A stretch of 64,000 nucleotides of DNA, from contig JAWBYA010000003.1 of assembly GCA_038867615.1 (NCBI GenBank), forward strand, positions 128,001 through 192,000, read 5' to 3'. A model generated the notes under the pieces. It had not been told where the DNA came from. It was given only the letters and a program-made list of their open reading frames with translations, and did no database searches. Numbering within the stretch: the first letter of the stretch is position 1; each line of letters starts with the position of its first letter. Both the position numbers and the translations under genes were made by a program. The stretch is from Sulfolobales archaeon (GTDB lineage Archaea; Thermoproteota; Thermoprotei_A; Sulfolobales; AG1). Positions 49,720 to 59,548 of this stretch are shown piece after piece.

Positions 49720-51042
49720 ATGACCGTCCAGAGACATCCTGCGGTGCCCAGGGGATTTAGGGATATGGGGCCTGAGGAGATGATTCTCAGGAAAAGCGTT
49801 GTAGCTAAAATAGAAAGTATTTTTAGGAGGTTTGGTTTCGATCCGATAGACACGCCTTCTGTGGAGCTTTTCGAGGTTATGGCCGGCAAGTATGGTGAGG
49901 AGGCCGAGAATAAGCTTATGTGGAGGTTTAAAGATCCTTGGGGTGATAGAGAGTATGCTTTGAGATACGATTTAACAGTCCCTCTGGCTAGATACATAGC
50001 AATGCATAGAGACACCCCAATGCCTTTCAAGAGATACCATATAGCTCCTGTCTGGCGGCACGAGGAGCCCCAGAGGGGGAGGTATAGGGAGTTCTATCAA
50101 TGCGACGCAGATATAGTCGGCTCGCCATATCCGGAGGCTGATGCCGAGATACTGCTGCTAGCCGAGACTATATATAGAGAGCTCGGGATAGATGGTGTTA
50201 AGATCCTTGTGAACGATAGGAGGATCCTGAGGGGTGTTTTTGAGAAGGAGCTTGGGATAGAAAACCCGCTGGGGGTTTATAGGGCTATAGATAAGCTCGA
50301 CAAGATCGGTATTGAGGGTGTTAGGAATGAGCTGAAATCACTAGGTATGGGTGATAATGTTATCGAGAAGGTGCTGGATGTTATATCAATGAGAATGCCT
50401 CTGAGCGAGGCTATTAGCGATCTCATGAGGAGATATGGTTCCAACGAACATGTTGTTAGCGGGGCTAGGCATTTAGAGGAGATCTCATCGATAGCTAGGT
50501 CTAAAAACATAGTGTTTGATATGTCACTAGTGAGAGGGCTGGATTACTATACAGGACCAATATTTGAGGCTATTACTGAAAGAGTAAGGATAGGCTCTAT
50601 AGGTGGCGGGGGCAGATATGATGGCTTGATAGAGCTGTTCACAGGTGTAAGAACACCCGCTACGGGCTTCTCTATAGGGCTTGACAGGGTGATCGAGGTT
50701 GGGTTAGAGCTAGGGGTTTTCAGCTATTCGAGAAAGACATATACACAGGTCTATGTGGTGATTATGGAGAGAGATAAAGATATACTAGAATACTCGCTAG
50801 AAGTGATCAGGGATCTTAGGGAGAATGGTATAAATGTATCATGGGATCTTATGAGAAGATCTCATCAAAAACAGAGGGAACATGCAAGAAAACTATCAAT
50901 ACCCATATTAATATATATAGGCAAGGCCGAAGTTACGGGCAATAAGGTCACGGTATACTTAACAGAAAGCGGGGCGAGAGAAGTTATAGAGAGGGCAAGC
51001 CTGGCAAGATATATAAAAGAAAAGATATCACAGCAACAATAA
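49720..51042 (+). CDS. hisS: Histidine--tRNA ligase
   Basis: PRGFRD, LRYDLT, GRYREFYQCD, VRGLDYYTG, GGGGRYD. Confidence 0.97.
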   Translation: MTVQRHPAVPRGFRDMGPEEMILRKSVVAKIESIFRRFGFDPIDTPSVELFEVMAGKYGEEAENKLMWRFKDPWGDREYALRYDLTVPLARYIAMHRDTPMPFKRYHIAPVWRHEEPQRGRYREFYQCDADIVGSPYPEADAEILLLAETIYRELGIDGVKILVNDRRILRGVFEKELGIENPLGVYRAIDKLDKIGIEGVRNELKSLGMGDNVIEKVLDVISMRMPLSEAISDLMRRYGSNEHVVSGARHLEEISSIARSKNIVFDMSLVRGLDYYTGPIFEAITERVRIGSIGGGGRYDGLIELFTGVRTPATGFSIGLDRVIEVGLELGVFSYSRKTYTQVYVVIMERDKDILEYSLEVIRDLRENGINVSWDLMRRSHQKQREHARKLSIPILIYIGKAEVTGNKVTVYLTESGAREVIERASLARYIKEKISQQQ

Positions 51043-51131
51043 AAATCTCTCACCAACGCTGAGCAGCCCAGGATCTAGGGGAGGCTTGTCATATTGTATT
51101 AACCTCGTAAGGCATTCTAGTACGGGTTTCT

Positions 51132-51518
51132 GTGTTGTCAGAGTTCAGGGTTAGGAAGATCCCTAAGGATGAGGAGTCGATGAAAGAGATAATAGACGAG
51201 ATATCAAGGAGAGAATCCGCTCTTAGCGAGTCGGGAGAGGAGAGCGAAGAAGGACATGTTCATGAGCATGAGGCCCATGGACACAGCCATGGAGATCCTC
51301 TTCACGAGCAGCTGCACATGCTTGAATATATAATCTCACAGCTCTCACAGGTAGATGCTAAGCTTGCAGAAATAAACCGCGGGATCGGTGAGATCTCGTC
51401 AAGGCTTGAGGAGCTGGTGAGGGTCTCGAGAGCAGCTTTAAAGGTATCGCTTGCTGGAATTGTCGATAACCGTGAGATTAGGAAAAAACTTATTGAGGAT
51501 GTAATGGAAGAAATATAG
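51132..51518 (+). CDS. Hypothetical His-rich coiled-coil protein
   Basis: HVHEHEAHGHSHG followed by heptad repeats. Confidence 0.7.
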   Translation: MLSEFRVRKIPKDEESMKEIIDEISRRESALSESGEESEEGHVHEHEAHGHSHGDPLHEQLHMLEYIISQLSQVDAKLAEINRGIGEISSRLEELVRVSRAALKVSLAGIVDNREIRKKLIEDVMEEI

Positions 51519-51527
51519 GGTGTCCGG

Positions 51528-52022
51528 TTGCCGGAATTCCAGGGGATAGAGGTTGTTCAGATAGCCGTGCCTCATGGTGTTAATGTAATAATAGGACAGT
51601 CACACTTTATAAAAACAGTCGAGGATCTATACGAAGCCTTAGTTACATCAACACCAGGCATAAAGTTCGGTATAGCTTTCTGCGAGGCTAGTGGTAAGAG
51701 GCTTGTGAGGCATGATGGTAACGATGAGGAGCTCAGGAAACTGGCTATAGAGGCTGCTATGAAGATAGGTGCTGGGCATGTTTTCGTGATCTATATGAAA
51801 GACGCATGGCCAATAAACGTTCTCAACGCTATAAAGAATGTCCACGAGGTGACCAGGATCTATGCAGCTACCGCTAATCCCCTTCAGGTGATTGTTGGAA
51901 AAACAGATCAGGGAAGAGCTGTTCTCGGGGTTGTTGATGGCTTCACACCACTCGGGGTTGAGGGTGAAGAGGATATTAGAGAGAGGAGGGAGTTTCTAAG
52001 GAAGATAGGCTATAAGAGGTAA
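51528..52022 (+). CDS. Adenosine-specific kinase family (DUF355)
   Basis: [32 protein letters not shown]. Confidence 0.88.
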   Translation: MPEFQGIEVVQIAVPHGVNVIIGQSHFIKTVEDLYEALVTSTPGIKFGIAFCEASGKRLVRHDGNDEELRKLAIEAAMKIGAGHVFVIYMKDAWPINVLNAIKNVHEVTRIYAATANPLQVIVGKTDQGRAVLGVVDGFTPLGVEGEEDIRERREFLRKIGYKR

Positions 52023-52027
52023 ACGAT

Positions 52028-52714
52028 TTGAAAGCAAAGGTGAGGATTGTATCGTATGGCGAGGATCAAATCAACGTAGACTCGATCAGGCTCACAGTAC
52101 TGAGAATAATTGGCGAGAAATATATAGAGGAACCAATGGATCTTGGAGATAACCCCGAAGAAACACTAGAGAAGATCGCTGTGGAGTTTGGCGAGGGATC
52201 CTATGTTGAGGCCATAGCTGAGGCTAAAAACCAGGTCATAAGGGTCGGTGGGTCGAGAACAGATCTAGGATCAAGCCCAGCAAAACAGACGATCTTTTAT
52301 AGGCCTTCTAAGCTCTTGAGGATCGGTGTTTTGAGAAGTGTTAGAAACAACGGGCAGAGTATAGGCTCGTCCGACAGCTCTGCTATGGTTAACGCTGGTA
52401 ATGCGAACCAAGTAGACCAGACAGGAGGGCTGGAAAGCGGAAGTATAGTAGCAACTGATCAAGGTACTCTGTCAATAGGGATTAGTGAGCTTAGCGATAT
52501 TGAGTGGTATTACCCACAGGGCGAGTTCTACGTGTTCGAGGGGGATCTGAGGATCGATGGTGAGTGTGAGGCTGTGGTTATTGTTACAGAAGATGGTGAA
52601 AAAATACACTTTATCAGGGCTCAGGGCATGGATAGGGCTGTTGTTATGAAGAAAGTAAGGATTACTGCTAAGAGGAGGAAAAAGAAAGGAAAAAAGAAGG
52701 CTAGAGGATCATAG
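52028..52714 (+). CDS. Hypothetical protein with basic C-terminal tail
   Basis: 228-aa ORF ending KRRKKKGKKKARGS. Confidence 0.65.
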   Translation: MKAKVRIVSYGEDQINVDSIRLTVLRIIGEKYIEEPMDLGDNPEETLEKIAVEFGEGSYVEAIAEAKNQVIRVGGSRTDLGSSPAKQTIFYRPSKLLRIGVLRSVRNNGQSIGSSDSSAMVNAGNANQVDQTGGLESGSIVATDQGTLSIGISELSDIEWYYPQGEFYVFEGDLRIDGECEAVVIVTEDGEKIHFIRAQGMDRAVVMKKVRITAKRRKKKGKKKARGS

Positions 52715-53633
52715 ATAGTAGTGCTTTTTGTAGATGGAGTCTATTCTCAGCCTGATCCCATACAACGCTCTGCGGTCCATCGATCACCTGATCCTCCACC
52801 TCCTCTCCCCTATGTGCTGGTAGGCAGTGCATGAATATAGCGTCCTTTTTAGCAAGGGACATTAGTTTTTCTGTAACTCTGTAGGGCTCTAGATCCTTGA
52901 TCCTCTTGTCCCTCTCTCCTTCTTGCCCCATCGATACCCATACATCTGTATAGATCACATCTGCGTCTTTAGCAGCTCTTACCGGGTCGTCAAACACCTC
53001 TATAGATGCTCCAGTCACTTCGGCTAATCTATATGCCCTTTCGAGGATCTTTTTTGAAGGGTAATAGTCAGGCGGTGTTGCTATGTACAGCGTTGCTCCC
53101 AGCATTGAGGAGACGGCTATCAAGCTATTTAGAACATTATCCCTCCCGTCACCGATAAAGACTATCTTTAACCCCGAGATTCTCTTCTTCTTCTCATAGA
53201 TCGTGTAGAAGTCTGAGTAAGCTTGTAATGGGTGTTCCTCGTTGCTTAGGGCGTTTATTATAGGGATGCTTGAGGCGCTGGCCATTTCGTATAGAAGCTC
53301 GTGGGAATATACTCTGAGGGCAAGGCCATCGAGATATCTGCTAAGAACCCTTGCTGTGTCACCCACACTCTCTCCTCTCCCCAGCTGGAGTTCGTTCCAG
53401 TTCATGTATATTGCGTCTCCACCTAGTTGTCTCATAGCGAGCTCTAGGCTAACCCGTGTCCTAGTGCTGTGTTTTTGAAATACTAAGCCGAGAGTCTTAC
53501 CCTTAAGTATATTTAACACCCTCTCTCCGGAGTAGTATTTGTTTTTCATGATCGATGTGATCTCTAGCAATCTCCATATCTCGTCGCTAGATAGATCAAA
53601 AGCGGATATTATGTGCCTCCCTCTCAAACCCAC
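52701..53633 (-). CDS. argF: Ornithine carbamoyltransferase
   Basis: STRTR, HPLQ, DVWVSMG, HCLPAHRG, QAENRLH. Confidence 0.96.
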   Translation of the reverse strand: MGLRGRHIISAFDLSSDEIWRLLEITSIMKNKYYSGERVLNILKGKTLGLVFQKHSTRTRVSLELAMRQLGGDAIYMNWNELQLGRGESVGDTARVLSRYLDGLALRVYSHELLYEMASASSIPIINALSNEEHPLQAYSDFYTIYEKKKRISGLKIVFIGDGRDNVLNSLIAVSSMLGATLYIATPPDYYPSKKILERAYRLAEVTGASIEVFDDPVRAAKDADVIYTDVWVSMGQEGERDKRIKDLEPYRVTEKLMSLAKKDAIFMHCLPAHRGEEVEDQVIDGPQSVVWDQAENRLHLQKALLSMIL

Positions 53634-53817
53634 GCTAGAAGCCCATTAAAACAACGATTGGAAAGGTATAAGGATTAAGTGAAAGATTTTTATCTAATTT
53701 TAATAATTCTGCATAGATATAGAGGGTGTTATGAAGGATATAACGTAGCTATATGAATCTCTTTTCAGGATCCCCAGTATCTATGGTATAGTTATATAGC
53801 GCTAGCAGGATCATTGG

Positions 53818-54852
53818 TTATAATTTGGGCTTCTCTGTTTTCACGTTAGCCAGTTCCTTCAATAATAGATCTAAACCGTAGCCTGTTAGGACACTTATCA
53901 AGTAGATCTTCTCATACCCATTGCTCTTAAGGATCTCCAAAACCTCCTCTACCTCTTCCTTAGACGCTGCATCCACCTTGTTTATCAACACATCCACCTT
54001 CTCCATCCCTAGAAGCGATGTAACACTTCTCAAGACTCTTAGCTGCTCAGCTAGGCTGTAATAAGCCCCTTTCCTTGGATCTATGAGGAATAGTGCTAGG
54101 TCAGCGAGATTCTTTATAGCTGCTACAGCCTTCATCTCTATCTCATTCATATCCTCCAGGGGCCTGTCCAGGATTCCAGGTGTGTCTATTATAGCTATCC
54201 TTCTCCCACCGATATCCAGGTGTCCCATAATAACCCTCTTCGTTGTGAAGGGGAAAGGGGAGGTTTCAGGTTTTGCAGACGAGATCCTGGATACGAGTGT
54301 TGATTTTCCCACCTGGGGCATTCCGCAAACAACTATGTTTATAGCTTCCTCCGATATGCATGGGCTTCTTGATACCTCCTCTATGGCTTTTCTAAGAAGC
54401 TCAATACTTCTCAAACCCCTTCTAACCGTTGAGAGAGCCCTACCAACATACTCCCTCGAGAGCGCTTCGATCTCTACGGGATCTTCTGATTCAACTATCC
54501 TCCTCCTATAATCTCTATAGAGGTTCGTCACGATATGAATAACCCTTCTACACTTATCTATTAGATTATCATACATCTTCTCAGAGGCTATTAGGGCTAT
54601 CTCGGCATAGAATGGGTGCATCGATGAGGATCTCGGTAGTCTTGCGCATTTACCAACAAGGTCTGCTAGTAGGGAGAACACCTTATCTATCTTAGCTAGA
54701 TATATAGACCTAGCTCTAACAACCTTGGTGCTTCTCGCAATTTTCCCCGATATATCTATTCTCTCTCCATACGCTCTGAGCACCATGCTCCTTATATACT
54801 CTGGGTCATAGATCTTGATATTCCTCATCTCATTGCTAAGACATACAGGCAT
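53818..54852 (-). CDS. NOG1 family GTPase
   Basis: HPFY, GMPQVGKST, PFTTK, DTPGILDRP, NKVD. Confidence 0.92.
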   Translation of the reverse strand: MPVCLSNEMRNIKIYDPEYIRSMVLRAYGERIDISGKIARSTKVVRARSIYLAKIDKVFSLLADLVGKCARLPRSSSMHPFYAEIALIASEKMYDNLIDKCRRVIHIVTNLYRDYRRRIVESEDPVEIEALSREYVGRALSTVRRGLRSIELLRKAIEEVSRSPCISEEAINIVVCGMPQVGKSTLVSRISSAKPETSPFPFTTKRVIMGHLDIGGRRIAIIDTPGILDRPLEDMNEIEMKAVAAIKNLADLALFLIDPRKGAYYSLAEQLRVLRSVTSLLGMEKVDVLINKVDAASKEEVEEVLEILKSNGYEKIYLISVLTGYGLDLLLKELANVKTEKPKL

Positions 54853-54990
54853 TTCCAGACCCTCTTATAAGCTATGGTTGCGGGTCACACGGTTCGTGAA
54901 TACATCATGTATCAGCAACCTGGCTTCTATCATCCCCATAGATGTACTGTAAAAGCTAGTTTATCTATGCTACGCAGCCTCCCGGTCTAT

Positions 54991-55086
54991 CTACTTCTTC
55001 CCAGCTCCTTTTGTCTCCTTCTCTCTGGCTTCCTTCTTGACACTCTCTTTCTCCATAAAGATCGTTGTCCTCTGCCTACCTCCCAT
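54991..55086 (-). CDS. Putative 31-aa charged peptide
   Basis: MGGRQRTTIFMEKESVKKEAREKETKGAGKK; purine-rich sequence upstream. Confidence 0.4.
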   Translation of the reverse strand: MGGRQRTTIFMEKESVKKEAREKETKGAGKK

Positions 55087-55149
55087 CCACTATCCCTATC
55101 AATCTATATGTGGTTGGCAATATATCTTCGATGGTGTGTGGCTTGACAG

Positions 55150-56142
55150 CTATTTCCTAATAAGGTTTTTAAGCAGGTACTCTAGTTTTTCTCTCTCAAC
55201 AAAGGTTACGTTGTCTTCAAGCTCCTTCTTAGCCTCTCTATCTATGCCTCTATTTGATAGTACCGCATAGATCTCGCAACCCAGTTTGGCACAGATTTTT
55301 ATAGTGTTTACTATCTTTTCAACCATCTCGCTATCGTCCCCACGATCCCTCTGGATTACTAGGGCTGTCTTCTGATCCTCTATTCTCCCTACAATATCTG
55401 GGGCCGTTCTCCTGAGCTTCACAGCCTCGATCCCCATTTCGTACATTTTCCTCAGCATTGGGTCTTCTTGCGCATGTGTCTTGAGGATCTTGTTAACATA
55501 GCTATACACGTATCTCTCTGTAAGCTCGTACAGATCTATCCTAGACACTATTTCCTCACCGAAGAGTTCGATAAGTTTCTGGGCTGTCTCTATAGAGGGA
55601 TCCATTGCTTCCCGCTCATACTCATACACGGCTTTTCTGCTTGTCCCTATCATCTCTGCAAGCTCTCCCAGGCTAAGCATTCTTTCAATCCTCTTTCTAT
55701 GAAGGACGACCCCATTGATCTTTACGAAGAAATGCCCTCTCTTATAATATATAGCTACTTTCTCGTTGGAGAGATAGAGATCCAATGTCTCCGGATCCAT
55801 AACGCTTATATCGGATCTATCCATTACCACTCCCGGCTCTAGATCCTCGTTTAGATATGTCTCGGATATTATTACTGCTGCAGAGTCTAGCATCTTAGAT
55901 GCCAGTTTGAGATCCTCTATTTCCTCTCTAGAGATCTCTGAAGCGTCTCTCCCAATCTTTATAATGATTCTCTTGTTTACAACGATGTCGACGGATCTCC
56001 TCTCTCCACGTGGGTATTCTATTATGTCGGCGTCCATTCTGTGTTTCTTAAGTATATCTAGGGTTTTCCTCAAAATCACAGCTATTCTCTCGTCCCTAAC
56101 GCTAGATGTCCCCCTCATAGTGTGATCCTTCATCTCCCCCAT
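55150..56142 (-). CDS. Archaeal HTH transcriptional regulator (COG1395-like, Cro/C1)
   Basis: SLGELAEMIGTSRKAVYEYE HTH; RSVDI; TAPD. Confidence 0.85.
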   Translation of the reverse strand: MGEMKDHTMRGTSSVRDERIAVILRKTLDILKKHRMDADIIEYPRGERRSVDIVVNKRIIIKIGRDASEISREEIEDLKLASKMLDSAAVIISETYLNEDLEPGVVMDRSDISVMDPETLDLYLSNEKVAIYYKRGHFFVKINGVVLHRKRIERMLSLGELAEMIGTSRKAVYEYEREAMDPSIETAQKLIELFGEEIVSRIDLYELTERYVYSYVNKILKTHAQEDPMLRKMYEMGIEAVKLRRTAPDIVGRIEDQKTALVIQRDRGDDSEMVEKIVNTIKICAKLGCEIYAVLSNRGIDREAKKELEDNVTFVEREKLEYLLKNLIRK

Positions 56143-56566
56143 ATATTATAGAAATAATAAAGAGGGTTTTATATTTTTTTATAAGTGATATAGTATCTGC
56201 CTGGGTTAATATGCATCTATCGGCGTAATCGCTTGAAATAACTCCTCTAGATCTTAGCTCTAGAAGCATTCTAGATGTTTTCTCGTTACAGTCAAGAAGC
56301 CTATAGAAGGATGCGCCAGAGACCTTAGCTATGATCATAGGGACTCTTATATGATCGGCTAGGTCTCTCGATATGTTGGACGCGAGATCCTTTGCCTCGC
56401 TCCCCAGCACGGCATGTCGATCACCGCCTACAAGATCTACATAGGTGATCTCGACTTTGGCGGCTTCTGAGAGTCTCTTCTTATCCTTTGGCGACATGTT
56501 TGCAAGGCTTCTGACAAGCTCTTTATAATAACTCCCTATAGGATCCCTAACCCCTCCCAACTCCAT
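56102..56566 (-). CDS. DUF61-like protein
   Basis: P...KRLSE...GDRH...E...L...RVPMII pattern. Confidence 0.55.
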   Translation of the reverse strand: MELGGVRDPIGSYYKELVRSLANMSPKDKKRLSEAAKVEITYVDLVGGDRHAVLGSEAKDLASNISRDLADHIRVPMIIAKVSGASFYRLLDCNEKTSRMLLELRSRGVISSDYADRCILTQADTISLIKKYKTLFIISIIYGGDEGSHYEGDI

Positions 56567-56568
56567 GG

Positions 56569-57270
56569 CTATACCCTCGACTCCTTATAGCTCTTCAGAA
56601 CACCGCTCACCATTATAACAGCTCTATCGGCATAGTCAATAACCCTGGGGTCGTGGGATACTATTATTACTGTTGTCTTGAAATCCCTATTAAGGCTCTT
56701 AAGCATCTCCAAAGCCCTCATACTACTATCCCAGTCTAGATTAGCTGTAGGCTCGTCTGCGAGTATAACGCTTGGTGTGTTAACCATAGCCCTTGCGATC
56801 GCAACACGTTGTTTCTCACCACCGCTTAGAAATCTCGCCGGCTTAGAGGCCATGTTCCTGAGCCCTATATACTCCAGGATCTCTGAGACCTTCTCCTCTC
56901 TGATCTTCTTAGGCACTCCTGCTATAAGCAGGGGTATTTCTACGTTCTCATACACATTAAGATCTTCAACAAGCCCGTAGTCCTGAGGTATATAGCCAAC
57001 AACGGTATTCCTGATCATTGCCAGCCCCTCTTCATCGAGCATCGATATGTTATATCCATCAACGATCACATCACCCCTGTCAGGCCTCAAGAGCCCTGCA
57101 ATGAGCTTAAGCAGGGTAGATTTCCCAGAGCCTGAGGGGCCGTGTATAGCCATGATCTCACCCCTGTTGACAACCAGGTTAACACCTTTTAGAGCAATAG
57201 TCTCGCCAACCTTAGGATCCCTGTAGATCTTCCACACATCTCTCAAAATAACTACAGGCTCTATAACCAT
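56569..57270 (-). CDS. LolD/MacB-type ABC ATPase (no adjacent permease)
   Basis: GPSGSGKST, LSGGEKQRVAIARA, ADEPTANLD, VSHD. Confidence 0.9.
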   Translation of the reverse strand: MVIEPVVILRDVWKIYRDPKVGETIALKGVNLVVNRGEIMAIHGPSGSGKSTLLKLIAGLLRPDRGDVIVDGYNISMLDEEGLAMIRNTVVGYIPQDYGLVEDLNVYENVEIPLLIAGVPKKIREEKVSEILEYIGLRNMASKPARFLSGGEKQRVAIARAMVNTPSVILADEPTANLDWDSSMRALEMLKSLNRDFKTTVIIVSHDPRVIDYADRAVIMVSGVLKSYKESRV

Positions 57271-58001
57271 CAGACCCTAAGCCCCTGATATAGAATAAGC
57301 TATGAGGGAAATATCTTAGAACAATACATCAGGATCCTAAAAACACCGTTTCTGGGATCAGGATCCTGTGTGTATGGACAATTGAGCAACCATTCCGAGT
57401 TTCATCTAGGGGTTTGGTTTCGTTGTAATCTATGTAATTTGTACGGCGTGATATCAGTCGCTATGCTTTTAGCTTCATCAAAGATATTTCCAGCTGGTCT
57501 TTCTTTATCTGTTATAGTGTTCTAGAGAGATCTAGTATGGGGGTTACCTACGTATTTAGACCTACCTATAGATTCATGTTTAGTAGAATTTCATTTAATA
57601 GTCTACCTAGGCATATGGCGACAGATTATAAGAGCAATGCTGCTATGCTAACACAAGATCCTTTAAGGTCAGCGATATTAGTTAGATGAAACCTCTATTA
57701 CTATATATTTGTTAAAAACCATGTTAAGATCTAGTGTAATATTTATAAGAATTCTTACATAAATGTGTAATGGGGGTTTTTAATGATCCACGGTTTTGGG
57801 GTTCCCCGCAATAGTCTTGTTGTTTCTAGATCCCGGGATTCCATGGTCGACGGTCTAGCCGGATGGAATCTTTTTGAGGTTGACAAGCCTATTGCTAGAT
57901 CTTTAGCAATCCTACTACTCTCCGTGATAGCGCCATACCATATCACACCATATGGTGGTGCAAATATATATCTTGAGCTATATATCTAAAGGTGAAGTTA
58001 T

Positions 58002-59525
58002 ATGGTGATGTTATCGAGGGTAAGGGTTTCTCGGGGCATATCTAAGATCGCGGTGACAATAATAATAGCAGTGATTGTTATTGCTATAGGAGCTTTCCTC
58101 TACACATCATATAGCGGTATGTATTCACCAAAACCCCCATCCACGCCGACAACCACAGCACCACAGACCACAGCTACACAGCAACAGCAAGCTCCTCAGA
58201 TCCAAGCCACTCTCACGATTTTAGCCTCATCAGGAGATCCAACACTAGCCCCATATCTAAGGCTCGTTGCCAGTGATTTTATGAAGGCGAATCCCAACGT
58301 TAAGGTTGAGGTTCAACTAGTACCCTTTGCACAGCTTGTACAAACAGCTCTCACAGCTCTTCAGAACCAAAACCCGTCTCCTGATATAATAATATTCTAT
58401 CCCTCGCAGGCACCAACCCTTGGACCTTATCTGGTTGATATGAGGAAATATCTAGATTCTGGTGTTTTCAATAAATCCGATATACCGTTCTCCTCTATGC
58501 TGCCTGTGCATCTTCTAGACGAGAAGGGGAATCTTATAAAGATCTCTGGTATTCCGTTCCAACAGGTCTTTGGCTATGTGATAGTCTATAGGAAGAGCAT
58601 ATTTGAGAACCAACAGCTTGCTCGGGAGTTTAAGGATAAATACGGATTTGACCTTAATCCTAATACATGGACATCATGGGATCAGATGATAAAGGCAGCA
58701 GAATTTATCCAGTCTAAGAAAGAATCCCTAGGGATAAAGTATGCCCTTCTATTTCCAAACGGTTTAACCCAATCTATATTCAACGGCTTTGTCGGGATCT
58801 TCTACTCATACGCAACACAAGATCCATGCACAGATGTAGCTCCAGGAAGCGTTGGTGGTTATTGGACATACTTTAAAGAGGTTAATGGAAAGATAGTGCC
58901 TACCCTCAACTGCACAGCCGGTATAAAAGCCCTCGAAACATATAAGAAGCTCGTTCAGTTCCAGCCGCCTATAGATGTTCAGGCTATGGAGTATGATCAA
59001 CTGAGGGACTTCTTCCTAACAGGTGACTACGCCATGGTGGCGGCCTGGACAGCGTTTATACCGATCTATAATAATGCATCTGTATCAAAGGTGGCTGGAG
59101 ACATAGGCGTTGCTCCACTACCAGGAGGAGCATCTGGTCAGGCTCCCACATTTGCTGGTATAAATCCATATTCAAAATACCCCGACCTAGCTGCAAAGCT
59201 TATAGCCATGATGATATCGCCTGAGGAGTATAGAAAGGGCGCGGAGCAGATAGGCTTTGTCCCAGCTACCTATTCTGGATTGAAAGTAGCCTCAGAGGTT
59301 CCCGCCACATCTTGGGTCAAGCCTTTAATAAAGATTGTTGAGGAGCAGAGGACCGTGGATCTAAAGAGAGTCACTATAGTTAATAGTATAACGAACTTCT
59401 TCACAGAGCTAAGGCCTATCTTCATCAAGAACGTTGCGGACTTCCTAAGAGGGAAGCAGAGTGCTGAAGAGACTATAAATAATATTGTGAACGACTGGAT
59501 AAAGATTATGAAGATAGCAGCATAG
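58002..59525 (+). CDS. Sugar ABC transporter substrate-binding protein
   Basis: N-terminal RG-IS class III-like signal/TM, Thr/Pro/Gln linker, CUT1-type SBP. Confidence 0.85.
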   Translation: MVMLSRVRVSRGISKIAVTIIIAVIVIAIGAFLYTSYSGMYSPKPPSTPTTTAPQTTATQQQQAPQIQATLTILASSGDPTLAPYLRLVASDFMKANPNVKVEVQLVPFAQLVQTALTALQNQNPSPDIIIFYPSQAPTLGPYLVDMRKYLDSGVFNKSDIPFSSMLPVHLLDEKGNLIKISGIPFQQVFGYVIVYRKSIFENQQLAREFKDKYGFDLNPNTWTSWDQMIKAAEFIQSKKESLGIKYALLFPNGLTQSIFNGFVGIFYSYATQDPCTDVAPGSVGGYWTYFKEVNGKIVPTLNCTAGIKALETYKKLVQFQPPIDVQAMEYDQLRDFFLTGDYAMVAAWTAFIPIYNNASVSKVAGDIGVAPLPGGASGQAPTFAGINPYSKYPDLAAKLIAMMISPEEYRKGAEQIGFVPATYSGLKVASEVPATSWVKPLIKIVEEQRTVDLKRVTIVNSITNFFTELRPIFIKNVADFLRGKQSAEETINNIVNDWIKIMKIAA

Positions 59526-59548
59526 TTCGATCTGAATGGTGTTAAGTC

